Assembly: GCA_964551135.1 (NCBI GenBank) | Contig: CAZKAT010000005.1 | Span: forward strand, 198,522 to 262,521 | From: an uncultured Gammaproteobacteria bacterium | GTDB lineage: Bacteria; Cyanobacteriota; Vampirovibrionia; LMEP-6097 | DNA length: 64,000 nucleotides | Direction: 5' to 3' | Part shown: positions 9,601 through 19,455 of the stretch, one piece after another | How positions within the stretch are numbered: the stretch's first letter is position 1 | Layout: each line of letters opens with the position of its first letter | The notes under the pieces: generated by a model | What the model was told of the DNA's origin: nothing | The model's input: only the letters and a program-made list of their open reading frames with translations | The model's database searches: none | Program-made: the position numbers and the translations under genes

Positions 9601-12600
9601 GAAATAATATTCTTCTACTGAACTAGGATCATCATCAAAGATTTTAGCTAAATATGCATCCTTACTGCGTAATAATTTCATTGATATAGAATCTGCATCA
9701 TTGAATTTGTCTTTGAATTCTTGCGGTGCATTCTTAGTTAGATTTACCTTCATGAAGTTTCTAACCTTAGTATTTACATTAGATAAATAATCCCGACCAA
9801 TGATCTCGCCAGTAACAATTAAAGGAAAACCAATTGCTCTATTAGTTTCATCGAACAATTGGATTTCCATTTCCAGTGGATCAACTGATTTATGTAAAAT
9901 ATTAGAAAAATAAGTCTCTAGCAATAAATCTTGTTTATTATTTGTTTGCTTAAGAGTAACTTTTGGATATTTAGCAACTGTTTGTGATTCTTCGAATTGT
10001 GGATAGTCAATAAAATTAACTTTCTTGTTTAGATAAGTGAGATCATCAGAAGAATAAGAAGATAGGTAATTTTTGTCATAAGAACTATCGCTATAACCAC
10101 CTATTAATTCAATTTGCAGGTTTTTATGGGTCATAGCTAGTACCGCAAACGGCATACCAATTTTTTGTAATTTATCTACTTCGGTTAAGCTTTTATTTTT
10201 TATAAGAGCATTGTTACCTTTATCAATAAAGAAATTTGCCAACATTGAGAAATGCTTTGAATTATTACTTAGCTCTTGAATATCTATAGTTTCTGCTTGA
10301 GGCGCAGCATCAAAGACTAAGCTTGGAATATTATTGTTGTCCTCGTATATACCTGCTGGAATATCTATCCTTCCATGCTCACCTTTCCGGTAGCTATAAG
10401 TAATGCTGCCATATTCAGGGTTATATCCTGCTGCAAATCTAAAATCAATAAACTCAGTTATTTCTTCATCGAATTCATAATCACCAAATAAATGTATATC
10501 ATTTATATTTTGATAAGTTATTCTTGGACTTGAAAGATCCAAATTTGCTGGTTCAAAAATAATTTTGTCTGCTGATATATCATAGTTTTTTAGTTGTACT
10601 GCTTTGGGAGCAATTCGGTATCTCTCAATATCGTAACTGTTGTATGTATCACTTTCTCTATAAGCGACGTTATCAAAAGTAATAGGACCAGTATAAAATC
10701 CTTTTGCAGCAAAATAAGATGTCATATCCATTTTCAACTCTAAATCAGCTGATTCTCTGAAAATAGTACCTCCATTGTCTGACCCTAAAGAAGTATATTT
10801 TGTTTCCCAGTATGTTTCGGGGGATGTATCTAAACTGCCTGACGATAGAAGTGATGATCTACTGATTTCAAATCTCATTTCATCTAAACTAACTAAACCT
10901 ATTTTATTTCCCAGTCGATCATATTTTGTAGTGGTGAGATACTTTAGATATTTTGATTCTGCTCCAGCTTCCTCTTTATCGGATGCATCTCTTCTGTGGT
11001 AAAGAGTCAATTCAAACTTTTTAGGTGAATGCGAAGTGTGGTGTTTATCATCACTGATTTCTTGAAAATTTCCAATAAACATAAGTGGAAGTGGGGTTTT
11101 ATTTACTTCTAGTAGATAGTTAGTCGATGATAATAAATCATTTTCATTTGTTGAATATGAATTAGAGAATAAATTAATTCCTAAAGAATCTCCAGGCTTT
11201 ACATAAATTCCAGTGGAAGAAGGATTATAAACATTCAAGTGTAAATTATAGAGATACTTAGCTTGTGTTCCAGCCGTTGATTGTGGAATTAAGGAATAAG
11301 TATTTTGATTATTAATGATTAGTTGTCTATTAGCAACATCGTTTGAAATATAATAAAATTTAAAATTATTAATACTTGAGATTGGAAGATAAGATTGTAC
11401 TGTTGCATCAATTGTAATGCTTGTAAGAAGGCTACCATTACTCAATGTTGTATTGGGGATTGTAACAATACTATTAACATCTATTGTATTATCGCCAGGA
11501 GTAATCCAAATCTCGATATCGCCTTCAATTGCTGTATCAGTAAACTGACCCAATGCGACATTTCCAGTAATTGAATCAAACTCAACGTCATTATGGAATC
11601 CATAGTAACCAAGAGGCCATTGATCACTTATTGTCTCAGAAGAAAGATCAAAGAATTTCAGTTGACCTTTTTTTGAAGAATTTGAGCTATTGAAATTGTT
11701 CCAGCTAATGTAATGGGTGGTTGGAGAACGTCCTACAATGTTGTATCCAAAATTATATGTATAATAGTCTTCTGTTTCATATAAAGACCATGGATAAGTG
11801 AGTGATTTATGAATAATTGACCTGGAGTCACGTTGAGATACTAGATTTGAATTAAGAGCCTTGTAAAGTATTGTTGGTTGATTCATTTTAAAGTTTGCTT
11901 CTGTTGAACTAACTTCACCACTGTTATCAGAATTGACATCACATACTGCTAGATCAAAATTAAGAACAAATGGATAACCTTGTTTTGCTTCAAAATGTCC
12001 ACTAGTATTTGTAATTAGTCCTGAAGTCGGTGCATAAAATGGAAGGACTTGTAAACTTTCAATATCGTAGGCATTATTCGGGAAGGGTTTAGAGATTAAT
12101 GAAATATTATTGTATAGATAGTATAGGCATTCTTTTTGACCCGGATAATAACATCTTAAGTCATCCTCATCAAAAGTTTGTCCTTTAGGGCAGAAGAACT
12201 CGAATTTTCTCTCCCCTTTAATTAGATTTAATGAGTTGAATTTTGAAACGTTAGATTCATTATTAGATGATGAAATAAAATAAGCATTACTATAATATTG
12301 ATTACCTGCTTTATCTATAGTTCCAACTTCTACAAAATTAACATCTGGCTCTTGTAAGATATCTTTTTCCAATAATTCTATTGCAAACTCAGCAAGTCCA
12401 GGATCATCAGAGTCAATAATAAGATTTCCTTCCTTATATTCATTGCTATTCAATCTATATATAACCTTAGCTATATTTTCATCTTGTACGGTACCTGAAA
12501 CGATGATCTTAGAGTGTTTGTAAATAGAATGATTTACTGGTGTTTCTATTTCTAAGAATGGAACAGTGGAGTCAAGTATAACTTTGTGAGGTCCAATATT

Positions 12601-15600
12601 AATTACTTTACCATTGGGCAAAGTAGCTTTATACGTAAGAGTATTTTCACCTTCATTAAGCTTTGCTATTAATATTTTTTCTTCTGAATTTGCTTCTGTA
12701 ACATTCGGATTTATATTTTTATATGATTGAATTACTGCGTCTGAATTATAGACAATGAATTCTTTAATGCGTTTAGAGATTTTTACTGGAATTTCATATT
12801 GATATTGATTTATATAAGTTGTTTTATTGAGTATTGGTGTTAACCCACTGAAATCAATAGAGCTAGCTGATTTATTGGTTTTGCTCACCCCAAACTCTAT
12901 GCTCTTCGAACCCTCCTGCTCTAAACTGTCATAAACCAACACATCTAAAATATAATTACCAGGTTGTAGGTATAAATCATTGAAAGTTTCTGTGAATTTC
13001 GTTGGTACTTGATCAGTAAAGGTTTTGCTGAATACCACATCATTACTACCTTTGGCGATAACTCTAATCTCTAATCTTTGTAAGGAAACCTTAGTGTCTA
13101 CTTCACCTGCGATATTGATTATCTCCTCATCATTAATTTGAATATCACTTGCTTGTTTATTGATAGTCAGACTTGTAATTAAAGGTGGAGGTGTATCCTT
13201 AATTTCCAGTGGTTTAAGAGTGAAGACTATTGGTTTAGCTTCATCTGTTGTTTTCACCCAGAACTTAATCTGGAATATTCCTAAATTATTATATGTATGT
13301 TTCTTGTCAGTTACTGTATTCTTCAGGAAGTCAGCAGTAGGATTGTTTCCTGAATAAGTCCAGCTGGTGCCATCACCAAAATCCCAGCCAAAGGATTCTA
13401 TAGTGGTCTTATAGATTGCTTTACTCTTGACTTTTAGATCTGCAATGAAGCCTGGATTAGGAATATCTTTCGGAGCTAAATTGGCAATAATCGGTGTGAA
13501 GGCTACATGGGAAGGCAGCTTCGCTATAGTTACTGTGCCGGCAGATACTGTCCAAGTCTCAGAATGCCCGTCTGGGAAGGTTGCATTAACTTCTAGACGT
13601 GGATCATATTCCCCTTGAACGTAGATATGTTTACGATTAGTTAAAGCTACTAGATCAATATATTGATTAATCAGTACTGGTCCGAGGTCAATTGTTCCTG
13701 TCTCTTGAATGCCATCTCCGTATATAAACTTATAATTCAAAGAACTAGGTTTATTGTTCTTAGCAGTAATAATTTTCACCTTGGCTTTGAAACTTATTTC
13801 TTTATTGCCATTAAGCTCAGGCTCAAATATTTTATCAGCGTTAATGACGCTTAATGAAGCTACCAAGTTTTGTCCAGGTCTAATGATTTGTACTGTATCA
13901 GATTGAGCGGTATCAGAATTATTGAAGAAATCTTTTACTGTTAACCCTGCTCTATAGATCCCTGGTTCTTTTCTTGGACCTATATAATAAGTGCTGGCAT
14001 TAGGGTCATAATTGGATGCGATATTAATGAAATCATCTGTTGGATTAGCTTCTAGGCTCTTATATTCTGTAATCCATGAATATGAACCAATACCATCGTT
14101 GACTTGAGAAGCAAAGGTGGCTCTATTTGGATCATAACTATATTGACCAAGGAAGCTCGCCTTATCTGTTGGATTATCACTTGGTTCAAGTATTAATTTA
14201 TTAATATTCTCAGTTACTACTTTGGCTTTAGGGAGAGCATCATCGATTATATGAATCGCAGTTGAAACTTCTCCAACATAAGTTAAATAACTAATTGGAT
14301 CATAATAACGAGCTTTAATTAATAAATTATAGTCTCCTATGTAATCTCTTAATACAGGGAATTTGATTTGCTCTGTTCCTACTTTAATCCATGGCAGATC
14401 TATAGTCTTGGTTGATAAAGTTTCATTTTCAGCATTAAGTAGTTTAACTTCATATTCCCAATTAGCTTTGATTGTTGGATTTGGAGCGTTGCTCTGTAAT
14501 TGAATTATGAAGTCTTGATTATTAGCTTGCTCAATAAATTCAGTAGGAGATTGGATGCTTAACGTCACATTGTGATCTTCATTGAAGCAAACACCATGTT
14601 TAATTGGTAGTGCATTATTCTTTAGATAATCAAAAGTAGTTTGATTAATTGATGCATATTTACCACTGCCAAATGCTTGATTATAAGGTTTAACCAAATT
14701 ATTTTTTATATAATCTTCCATCTGTTCATCAGATTTACTTCCATTAGTTAAATAGAAATAAGTGCAATGAGTACCTGGTTTGAAATTAGTTTCTTTGAAA
14801 ATAATTTCAGCAGCGCCTTCGCTATTAGAATTAGCTGTGTCTGATTGCAGAATAATATACTTATCCTTGTATATTCCTGCGGTTGATTTTCTGTTGATAT
14901 GAACAGCTTGAAGCTTGGTGTTTGAAGTGGTATTCATCGATATACCAACACTCTTTCTTGTTTTAGTACTGCCACCAAATAAATTTAATTTGAGATTGTT
15001 AATGAATGGTTTGCTTGGAGCTGTATAAATAGTTACAGCTTTAATTTGTACGCCATCGTCTGAAGGACCAATAACTTTAATTTTTAGATTGAATGCACCA
15101 GAACTTACATTAAAAGGCTCAGATACGATTTCATAGAATTTATTGCCAGCAGCTGGATCTTTGGAGAGCACTAATGCATCGTTAACCCAGACTCGAATCC
15201 CGTTAAATCTATTGCCATTGAGATGTAGCATTAACCTGGCTTGATTAGCAGTATAAGTCTGTAACTTAAGTTTTTTAGATATTATTAGAGCATCATTAGA
15301 GAATACTGTAGGATAACCATCTTTAAAATAATGATAAGCATTGCCAAAGCCAGTTGATTCATCAAAGAAGAAATAATCTGTATTGAAATCTATATTCAAG
15401 TCTATTTTTTTGGAATTACCATCAAGTACATCAAATGTTTTTTCAGTTGGATTAAATAGATTGTTTGTATAAACTTTATCGACTATATAGAATTTATTGT
15501 CAGCTGCTTTTTGACTAACTCTGATAGTTATATTTGTTCCTTTGAAATCTTCACTTCTGAGTTTAGCTAGAATTTTATTGCTATCAATAAACGTGCTTGG

Positions 15601-18600
15601 TCTATCTATGAAATCACCACTGTCAATTTTAATCCTTACATTATGTTCATTCTTACAGAAATTCGAACCTATGATTTCTATTAAAGCTCCTCCCTTTTCT
15701 TTGGTATGTGCAATATTACCCATAATGAAGTTTATGCTTGTAACTTTGAGACCTGTTCCGTAACTTGTTCTACAGTCACAACTGCCACCACTGCAAGCGC
15801 CTGCTACAGGTAAACTTAAATCACGTATCGGAGTACTATTGTTATCGTTTTTATGATCCGTGATTGAATCAAAATCGCTTATAGGGTCATCTGTAGACTG
15901 TTGCTTTAAACTTGCTTTCAGGTCATTTGGAATATTTTCATCGCCATTCTCTTGATCTATTGGTGTTTTGTAGACTGGAACTGAGTTGCTGATTGCACTT
16001 GCAAAATCACCAACTATAATAGCTTTGCCATAAGCATTCGCTACTTGACCTTTAGCATCAACTACAGTCAATTTGATGTAATAAACGCCTTTACTAGTAT
16101 AGGTATGCGTTGTACTAATACTATTAGAATCGCTACCATCTCCAAAATCCCAATGATAACTTTGTATCTCATAATTTTTAGGATCATAACTTCCATCAGC
16201 ACTCACTGAAACTAAATTAGAGCCAGTATCATGTGTGATTTGTAATTTAGGAATTGGGATTTGATTTGGTAAAACTGTTAAAGTTTCACTCAATACTGGC
16301 TTGTCATCTAATTGATGAACTAATTGATATTGACCAGCTTCTGTGAAGCTTTGTGGAGCATCCAATATACTTGAATTAACTTCGCCATAGGCACTATTAA
16401 AATCATTAGATTTATCTATCAGAACAGTCTTGCCGCTAAGATCTTTTTCATAACCGCGATATATCCATTGATATTGTTCGTTATTAATAGGTCCAATAGT
16501 TACTCCTTTAACAGAACTTGAATCAGTTTCCTCTATTCCAATTAAATTATCAAAACTAAGTGAGCCGACAACAGGTATTTTGGTAGTTACTACTACTGAT
16601 TCTAAGTTTTTAGTACTGAGAATTTTCTTTTCGGCATCATCCTTTCTATAAACACTAAGTACAGGTGAATAAACACCAGGCTTACTATAATTATGAGTCA
16701 GTTCAACTCCATTCGCTGTAAAACCATCTCCCCAATCCCAATTGTAATCCAAGAATTCCGTTCCAGCGTCAAATGGAGTTGCATTGCGGTAATAAATAGA
16801 TGAAGCTCCAGAGAAGCTCATTATCGAACTGCCAAGTACTAAATCATCTACTCTGTTTTTTAACTCAGCATTCAGAATTGGTGGTGGTTCTAGAATGATT
16901 AGTTGAGAACTATAATTACTAATGAGTCCTTTAATGTCAGTAACTTTTAGCACAATATCATAGCTGCCAAATTTATTGAATTTATAAGTAAATTTCGGAC
17001 TAGTTGCCTGAATCAATTGAATTGCTTGATTAGAATTTGCTACTGGGTTATGGTAATTAATAGTCCAGTAATAGTTTCCTATATTGCCGTTAGGATCAGA
17101 GCTAAATAGAGCATCTAATTCAATATTACACGAAAATGTTCCATCAATCTTATATTCAAGGGCTACTTGTCCATTCTCACTAACTCTGCAATCAAAGACA
17201 TTTTTTACAAATTTAGCAACTGGTGGATAGTTTTTCTCTTCCACTACTATATCTTGAAGATTTATTTGAGAGCTTAAGCCTCTAGCATCAGTAACTTTTA
17301 ACCATACTTTGTAAGTACCTGGATCGGTAAAAGTATGACTAATTGTTTTGCTTGATGCTGTGATTGCATTATTGAAGCCCCATTCGTAAGTCAAAGTACC
17401 ATTTTCTGGATCGGAGGACTCGGATGCATCAAAATTTATACTAAGAGGTATTTCACCACTATATTTATCGGCTTTAGCTTTAGCGATGGGAGCTTTATTG
17501 GCTTCTGCAACATTTATGGTTTGTGTATAAGTAGAAGCTTTAAATGATTGTTCGTAAATTTCTAAAGTTACGGTATGTGGTCCGGCTTGATTGAGGTAGA
17601 ATTTGCTGTTTTGATAAATTTGCTCGCGAGGTTCTTCTATTGCCGAATCAATGATAAATCGATATGTTAGATTCTGTCCATTTTGGAAACCACTATTATC
17701 AGCTAGTAATGAAATAAAATTTTGAGCTTCTATGTATTCATTTAATATAGAGAAAGAATTTCCTCTGCAAGCTTTACTGGTACAAGTAACAAATCTCTCT
17801 TCTTCACAGCTATTGACTTGCAATTGTTCGGCAAGGATTCCTCCACAGTTTGCTTGACAAACTCCTTGATTCACCCAAGTATTCCTTGATTCAAGACAAA
17901 CTACACTTTTACTGATAATAATAGGACTTAATTGATACTTTTCACTTAGTCTTCCGTCACTAGTGCGTACTATCAGTGAAGGAATGAAAGTGCCTGGAGA
18001 TCTATATATGTGTGGAACAAGTTTATTAATATTAGTTTCTGCAATTCCATCTCCATAGTCCCAAAGATAAATTAGATTCTCATGAGAATTATTGCGTGGA
18101 TCAAAACTTCCTGAAGCATTGAAATTTATAGTAGCAATATTATTGTCTCTATCATCCACACGAGTATCAATGAGACCTTGAGCTATAGGCTTATCACCTT
18201 GGACTTGAGTAATAATAATAGGGTCCAAAAATCTAAAAACTTTATCAGTTAAATCTGGAGAGTAAGCTATTAATAGTGGCGTATACCTCCCAGCTTTTTT
18301 ATATGCATGGACTATAGATTGTGGAAATTCTGCAAATGGAGCAGTGAAGCTATAATAGTCTTTATAAAAATTATCACCATAAAAAAGAAAAACAGTAAAT
18401 TTTCTCTTGCTTAATGGCATATATGGATTGTCACTGCTAATAGAGTAAGTTATTTTAGAATCCAGTAGGGGAGCCTGGTTGATCCTAGAGAGTAGATTAA
18501 CTTTAAGGTCGCTAGCTTTAACAAACTCATCATAAGGAATGATAGTTTCTTTACTTATTATAATAGGATTGAGAGTAAACTTTGTACTTGTTCTACCATC

Positions 18601-19305
18601 AGGAGTTTTTACAATTAAATTAGGTATATAAGTTCCATGAGCAGTATAAGTATGATCAATTAAAGCTTTGGCTTCGGTTACAACTCCATCCCCAAAATCC
18701 CAGGCATAAGTCATGGCATTGCCATTAAATAAATTTGCTGGATCATAGCTGGCTTTAGCGTCAAAGTTTATTTTAACGACATTGTTTTGATTGTCTTCAA
18801 GTTTATTCGTTATAATGCCGCTTGCTATTGGATTTGGTAGAATAAGTTTTTCAACTTTAATAGGATCCAAGAACTGAAATAGTTTGCTTTTAAGATCATT
18901 CGAATAAATTATTAGTAGAGGTTTATAAAGACCTGGTTTGCTATATTTATAACTAATTAGGGGGAATTGCTCATAGCTTGCTGTAAAGCTTTTGTATGAC
19001 GTATAGAGATTGTCTCCGAAGAATAGAAATACAGTAAATTTGCTATTCCCAGGAGCAATACCATTGTTGGATGCTTGAATTTGAAATTTAATATCACTAT
19101 AACCTTGAGCAAAATTATTTTCCCTATTGATTATATTTGCTGCAAATTTTATTTCATTGGGATTGGGAGTATCTGCATAAGCTGGTAGGAGAAAGAGTTC
19201 CAGGTGAATTTGTTGTAAACTAATTACTACTATAATAAAAATTCTTAAAGCTAAAAATCTTAGCTTCGAAAGAATTTTTTTCATTCGTAGGTTATTTTCG
19301 TTCAA
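6643..19305 (-). CDS. Giant secreted or surface protein (4220 aa) with multiple PKD-like repeats, Cys-rich segments, a C-terminal transmembrane segment and a ~437-aa C-terminal tail.
   Basis: Single uninterrupted 12.66-kb ORF. N-terminal signal-peptide-like stretch (RIFIIVVISLQQI). At least six PKD-type W-x-[FYW]-G-D-G motifs: YAWDFGDG, YLWDYGDG, YNWDWGDG, YHWDFGDG, FGWDFGDG and YEWGFNNA. There is a tandem ~213-aa repeat near the N-terminus. The hydrophobic stretch ALVAVSGGVALAGASFILAPIEVPLFVFAGVTVAAGYFLY sits about 440 aa from the C-terminus. Confidence 0.85.
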   Translation of the reverse strand: MNENNLRMKKILSKLRFLALRIFIIVVISLQQIHLELFLLPAYADTPNPNEIKFAANIINRENNFAQGYSDIKFQIQASNNGIAPGNSKFTVFLFFGDNLYTSYKSFTASYEQFPLISYKYSKPGLYKPLLIIYSNDLKSKLFQFLDPIKVEKLILPNPIASGIITNKLEDNQNNVVKINFDAKASYDPANLFNGNAMTYAWDFGDGVVTEAKALIDHTYTAHGTYIPNLIVKTPDGRTSTKFTLNPIIISKETIIPYDEFVKASDLKVNLLSRINQAPLLDSKITYSISSDNPYMPLSKRKFTVFLFYGDNFYKDYYSFTAPFAEFPQSIVHAYKKAGRYTPLLIAYSPDLTDKVFRFLDPIIITQVQGDKPIAQGLIDTRVDDRDNNIATINFNASGSFDPRNNSHENLIYLWDYGDGIAETNINKLVPHIYRSPGTFIPSLIVRTSDGRLSEKYQLSPIIISKSVVCLESRNTWVNQGVCQANCGGILAEQLQVNSCEEERFVTCTSKACRGNSFSILNEYIEAQNFISLLADNSGFQNGQNLTYRFIIDSAIEEPREQIYQNSKFYLNQAGPHTVTLEIYEQSFKASTYTQTINVAEANKAPIAKAKADKYSGEIPLSINFDASESSDPENGTLTYEWGFNNAITASSKTISHTFTDPGTYKVWLKVTDARGLSSQINLQDIVVEEKNYPPVAKFVKNVFDCRVSENGQVALEYKIDGTFSCNIELDALFSSDPNGNIGNYYWTINYHNPVANSNQAIQLIQATSPKFTYKFNKFGSYDIVLKVTDIKGLISNYSSQLIILEPPPILNAELKNRVDDLVLGSSIMSFSGASSIYYRNATPFDAGTEFLDYNWDWGDGFTANGVELTHNYSKPGVYSPVLSVYRKDDAEKKILSTKNLESVVVTTKIPVVGSLSFDNLIGIEETDSSSVKGVTIGPINNEQYQWIYRGYEKDLSGKTVLIDKSNDFNSAYGEVNSSILDAPQSFTEAGQYQLVHQLDDKPVLSETLTVLPNQIPIPKLQITHDTGSNLVSVSADGSYDPKNYEIQSYHWDFGDGSDSNSISTTHTYTSKGVYYIKLTVVDAKGQVANAYGKAIIVGDFASAISNSVPVYKTPIDQENGDENIPNDLKASLKQQSTDDPISDFDSITDHKNDNNSTPIRDLSLPVAGACSGGSCDCRTSYGTGLKVTSINFIMGNIAHTKEKGGALIEIIGSNFCKNEHNVRIKIDSGDFIDRPSTFIDSNKILAKLRSEDFKGTNITIRVSQKAADNKFYIVDKVYTNNLFNPTEKTFDVLDGNSKKIDLNIDFNTDYFFFDESTGFGNAYHYFKDGYPTVFSNDALIISKKLKLQTYTANQARLMLHLNGNRFNGIRVWVNDALVLSKDPAAGNKFYEIVSEPFNVSSGAFNLKIKVIGPSDDGVQIKAVTIYTAPSKPFINNLKLNLFGGSTKTRKSVGISMNTTSNTKLQAVHINRKSTAGIYKDKYIILQSDTANSNSEGAAEIIFKETNFKPGTHCTYFYLTNGSKSDEQMEDYIKNNLVKPYNQAFGSGKYASINQTTFDYLKNNALPIKHGVCFNEDHNVTLSIQSPTEFIEQANNQDFIIQLQSNAPNPTIKANWEYEVKLLNAENETLSTKTIDLPWIKVGTEQIKFPVLRDYIGDYNLLIKARYYDPISYLTYVGEVSTAIHIIDDALPKAKVVTENINKLILEPSDNPTDKASFLGQYSYDPNRATFASQVNDGIGSYSWITEYKSLEANPTDDFINIASNYDPNASTYYIGPRKEPGIYRAGLTVKDFFNNSDTAQSDTVQIIRPGQNLVASLSVINADKIFEPELNGNKEISFKAKVKIITAKNNKPSSLNYKFIYGDGIQETGTIDLGPVLINQYIDLVALTNRKHIYVQGEYDPRLEVNATFPDGHSETWTVSAGTVTIAKLPSHVAFTPIIANLAPKDIPNPGFIADLKVKSKAIYKTTIESFGWDFGDGTSWTYSGNNPTADFLKNTVTDKKHTYNNLGIFQIKFWVKTTDEAKPIVFTLKPLEIKDTPPPLITSLTINKQASDIQINDEEIINIAGEVDTKVSLQRLEIRVIAKGSNDVVFSKTFTDQVPTKFTETFNDLYLQPGNYILDVLVYDSLEQEGSKSIEFGVSKTNKSASSIDFSGLTPILNKTTYINQYQYEIPVKISKRIKEFIVYNSDAVIQSYKNINPNVTEANSEEKILIAKLNEGENTLTYKATLPNGKVINIGPHKVILDSTVPFLEIETPVNHSIYKHSKIIVSGTVQDENIAKVIYRLNSNEYKEGNLIIDSDDPGLAEFAIELLEKDILQEPDVNFVEVGTIDKAGNQYYSNAYFISSSNNESNVSKFNSLNLIKGERKFEFFCPKGQTFDEDDLRCYYPGQKECLYYLYNNISLISKPFPNNAYDIESLQVLPFYAPTSGLITNTSGHFEAKQGYPFVLNFDLAVCDVNSDNSGEVSSTEANFKMNQPTILYKALNSNLVSQRDSRSIIHKSLTYPWSLYETEDYYTYNFGYNIVGRSPTTHYISWNNFNSSNSSKKGQLKFFDLSSETISDQWPLGYYGFHNDVEFDSITGNVALGQFTDTAIEGDIEIWITPGDNTIDVNSIVTIPNTTLSNGSLLTSITIDATVQSYLPISSINNFKFYYISNDVANRQLIINNQNTYSLIPQSTAGTQAKYLYNLHLNVYNPSSTGIYVKPGDSLGINLFSNSYSTNENDLLSSTNYLLEVNKTPLPLMFIGNFQEISDDKHHTSHSPKKFELTLYHRRDASDKEEAGAESKYLKYLTTTKYDRLGNKIGLVSLDEMRFEISRSSLLSSGSLDTSPETYWETKYTSLGSDNGGTIFRESADLELKMDMTSYFAAKGFYTGPITFDNVAYRESDTYNSYDIERYRIAPKAVQLKNYDISADKIIFEPANLDLSSPRITYQNINDIHLFGDYEFDEEITEFIDFRFAAGYNPEYGSITYSYRKGEHGRIDIPAGIYEDNNNIPSLVFDAAPQAETIDIQELSNNSKHFSMLANFFIDKGNNALIKNKSLTEVDKLQKIGMPFAVLAMTHKNLQIELIGGYSDSSYDKNYLSSYSSDDLTYLNKKVNFIDYPQFEESQTVAKYPKVTLKQTNNKQDLLLETYFSNILHKSVDPLEMEIQLFDETNRAIGFPLIVTGEIIGRDYLSNVNTKVRNFMKVNLTKNAPQEFKDKFNDADSISMKLLRSKDAYLAKIFDDDPSSVEEYYFVSENDPNRTRKVQIKADFQNRCWIELPNETNDSLSKRRHSHISSDINEIRNLKVKFESASRKGARLWVKQDDLATNNTFNHGQAYSYADFETIDGQSIELDVPNYTIKNVREGYLLLSRLDIPENTNKVTFNFIVSKVNADPSVISSDSDTNTAVVCGVTYLKNIADGDIIFNNALLANISNPVPAAKDYKVIITTEPDPESIYGVELYIDDLSTNTDNLIDPLGIYISNRISNLDGKYLEVNLKDITSGKAGSEYILNAQLIHTPQPGREVRNLPVSRRFMLVGDTEPIITFGINGINDLGDQGSGNNGGEPNVIYAKAGEDYTFNRTITFTGIKDEEANKISFKLIDKASNKEALNLVTVSSVNPTINTDEYTYNISTIVPFKQIEDIKEYILEAYFDNQRLSQTAEFFIIDDPVLKVKYDDFLEFGEEGNEAKFQSLINLENGFARELSYEITTYQEGDPELDITTPGEKAAVSKKAILTSKQTAGVDQKLLLNDDTSNDSQALVAVSGGVALAGASFILAPIEVPLFVFAGVTVAAGYFLYKVVLENKTEKVNLSSSASEIYEERKVIPFMSLVGAGTRTKYIELKYKDGTGNIATILEQGQKYSLEIISSTNKGQIVICEDEYNGSCNRIQGGLINLAQLEESGKYEFTVDDNGSKKSLTSYKTTLPAIIPNGIEIPNTGLLMDEDWAYLFPDVDSDEIIKRVPIVKLTKKSNFIPICITNEIENRLKLLGPLPVSSTTALNEIVDFAFQANLTYAEMRASGVSTSYGNYPLYPNELGSIGDDLRRVLPETVTVSSNYANQQGGSPTTIAKGFCNSLADHIVYSNHGVREKGTFRIFESRDAKQSIVGEEWRNYKVYWLTYSGLQHVLENHGWRTIIPRILAGSDKIDTKFYSSENIVKLIEDLIINSTSSNRGFAGSNKLDTVFQKKYNRNIGQSKSFNKYPSDQLYSNRIQVPTRSTNVKQENSIITTFPLYKDNPGI

Positions 19306-19455
19306 ATTTAAATATTTCAGTCGATGTTAATTGCCCAGTAGCGGAACATCATAAAGAAATTCCCGGTGAAATGTCAAGAAATAATTAAAAAATTGCTGAA
19401 AAATTGTTAAGATTTACGTTATTATTAACCACCAGGTAAAAATACCTCATTAAAA

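Noticed and set aside
7748-15763. Six short plus-strand ORFs (7748-8089, 10775-11002, 13160-13357, 13427-13618, 13663-13854, 15542-15763) lie inside the giant gene.
   Set aside because: They are antisense to a continuous 12.66-kb ORF with clear domain content. Their products are low-complexity and hydrophobic, as expected from antisense translation of AT-rich coding DNA. The one at 7748-8089 simply mirrors the transmembrane segment.
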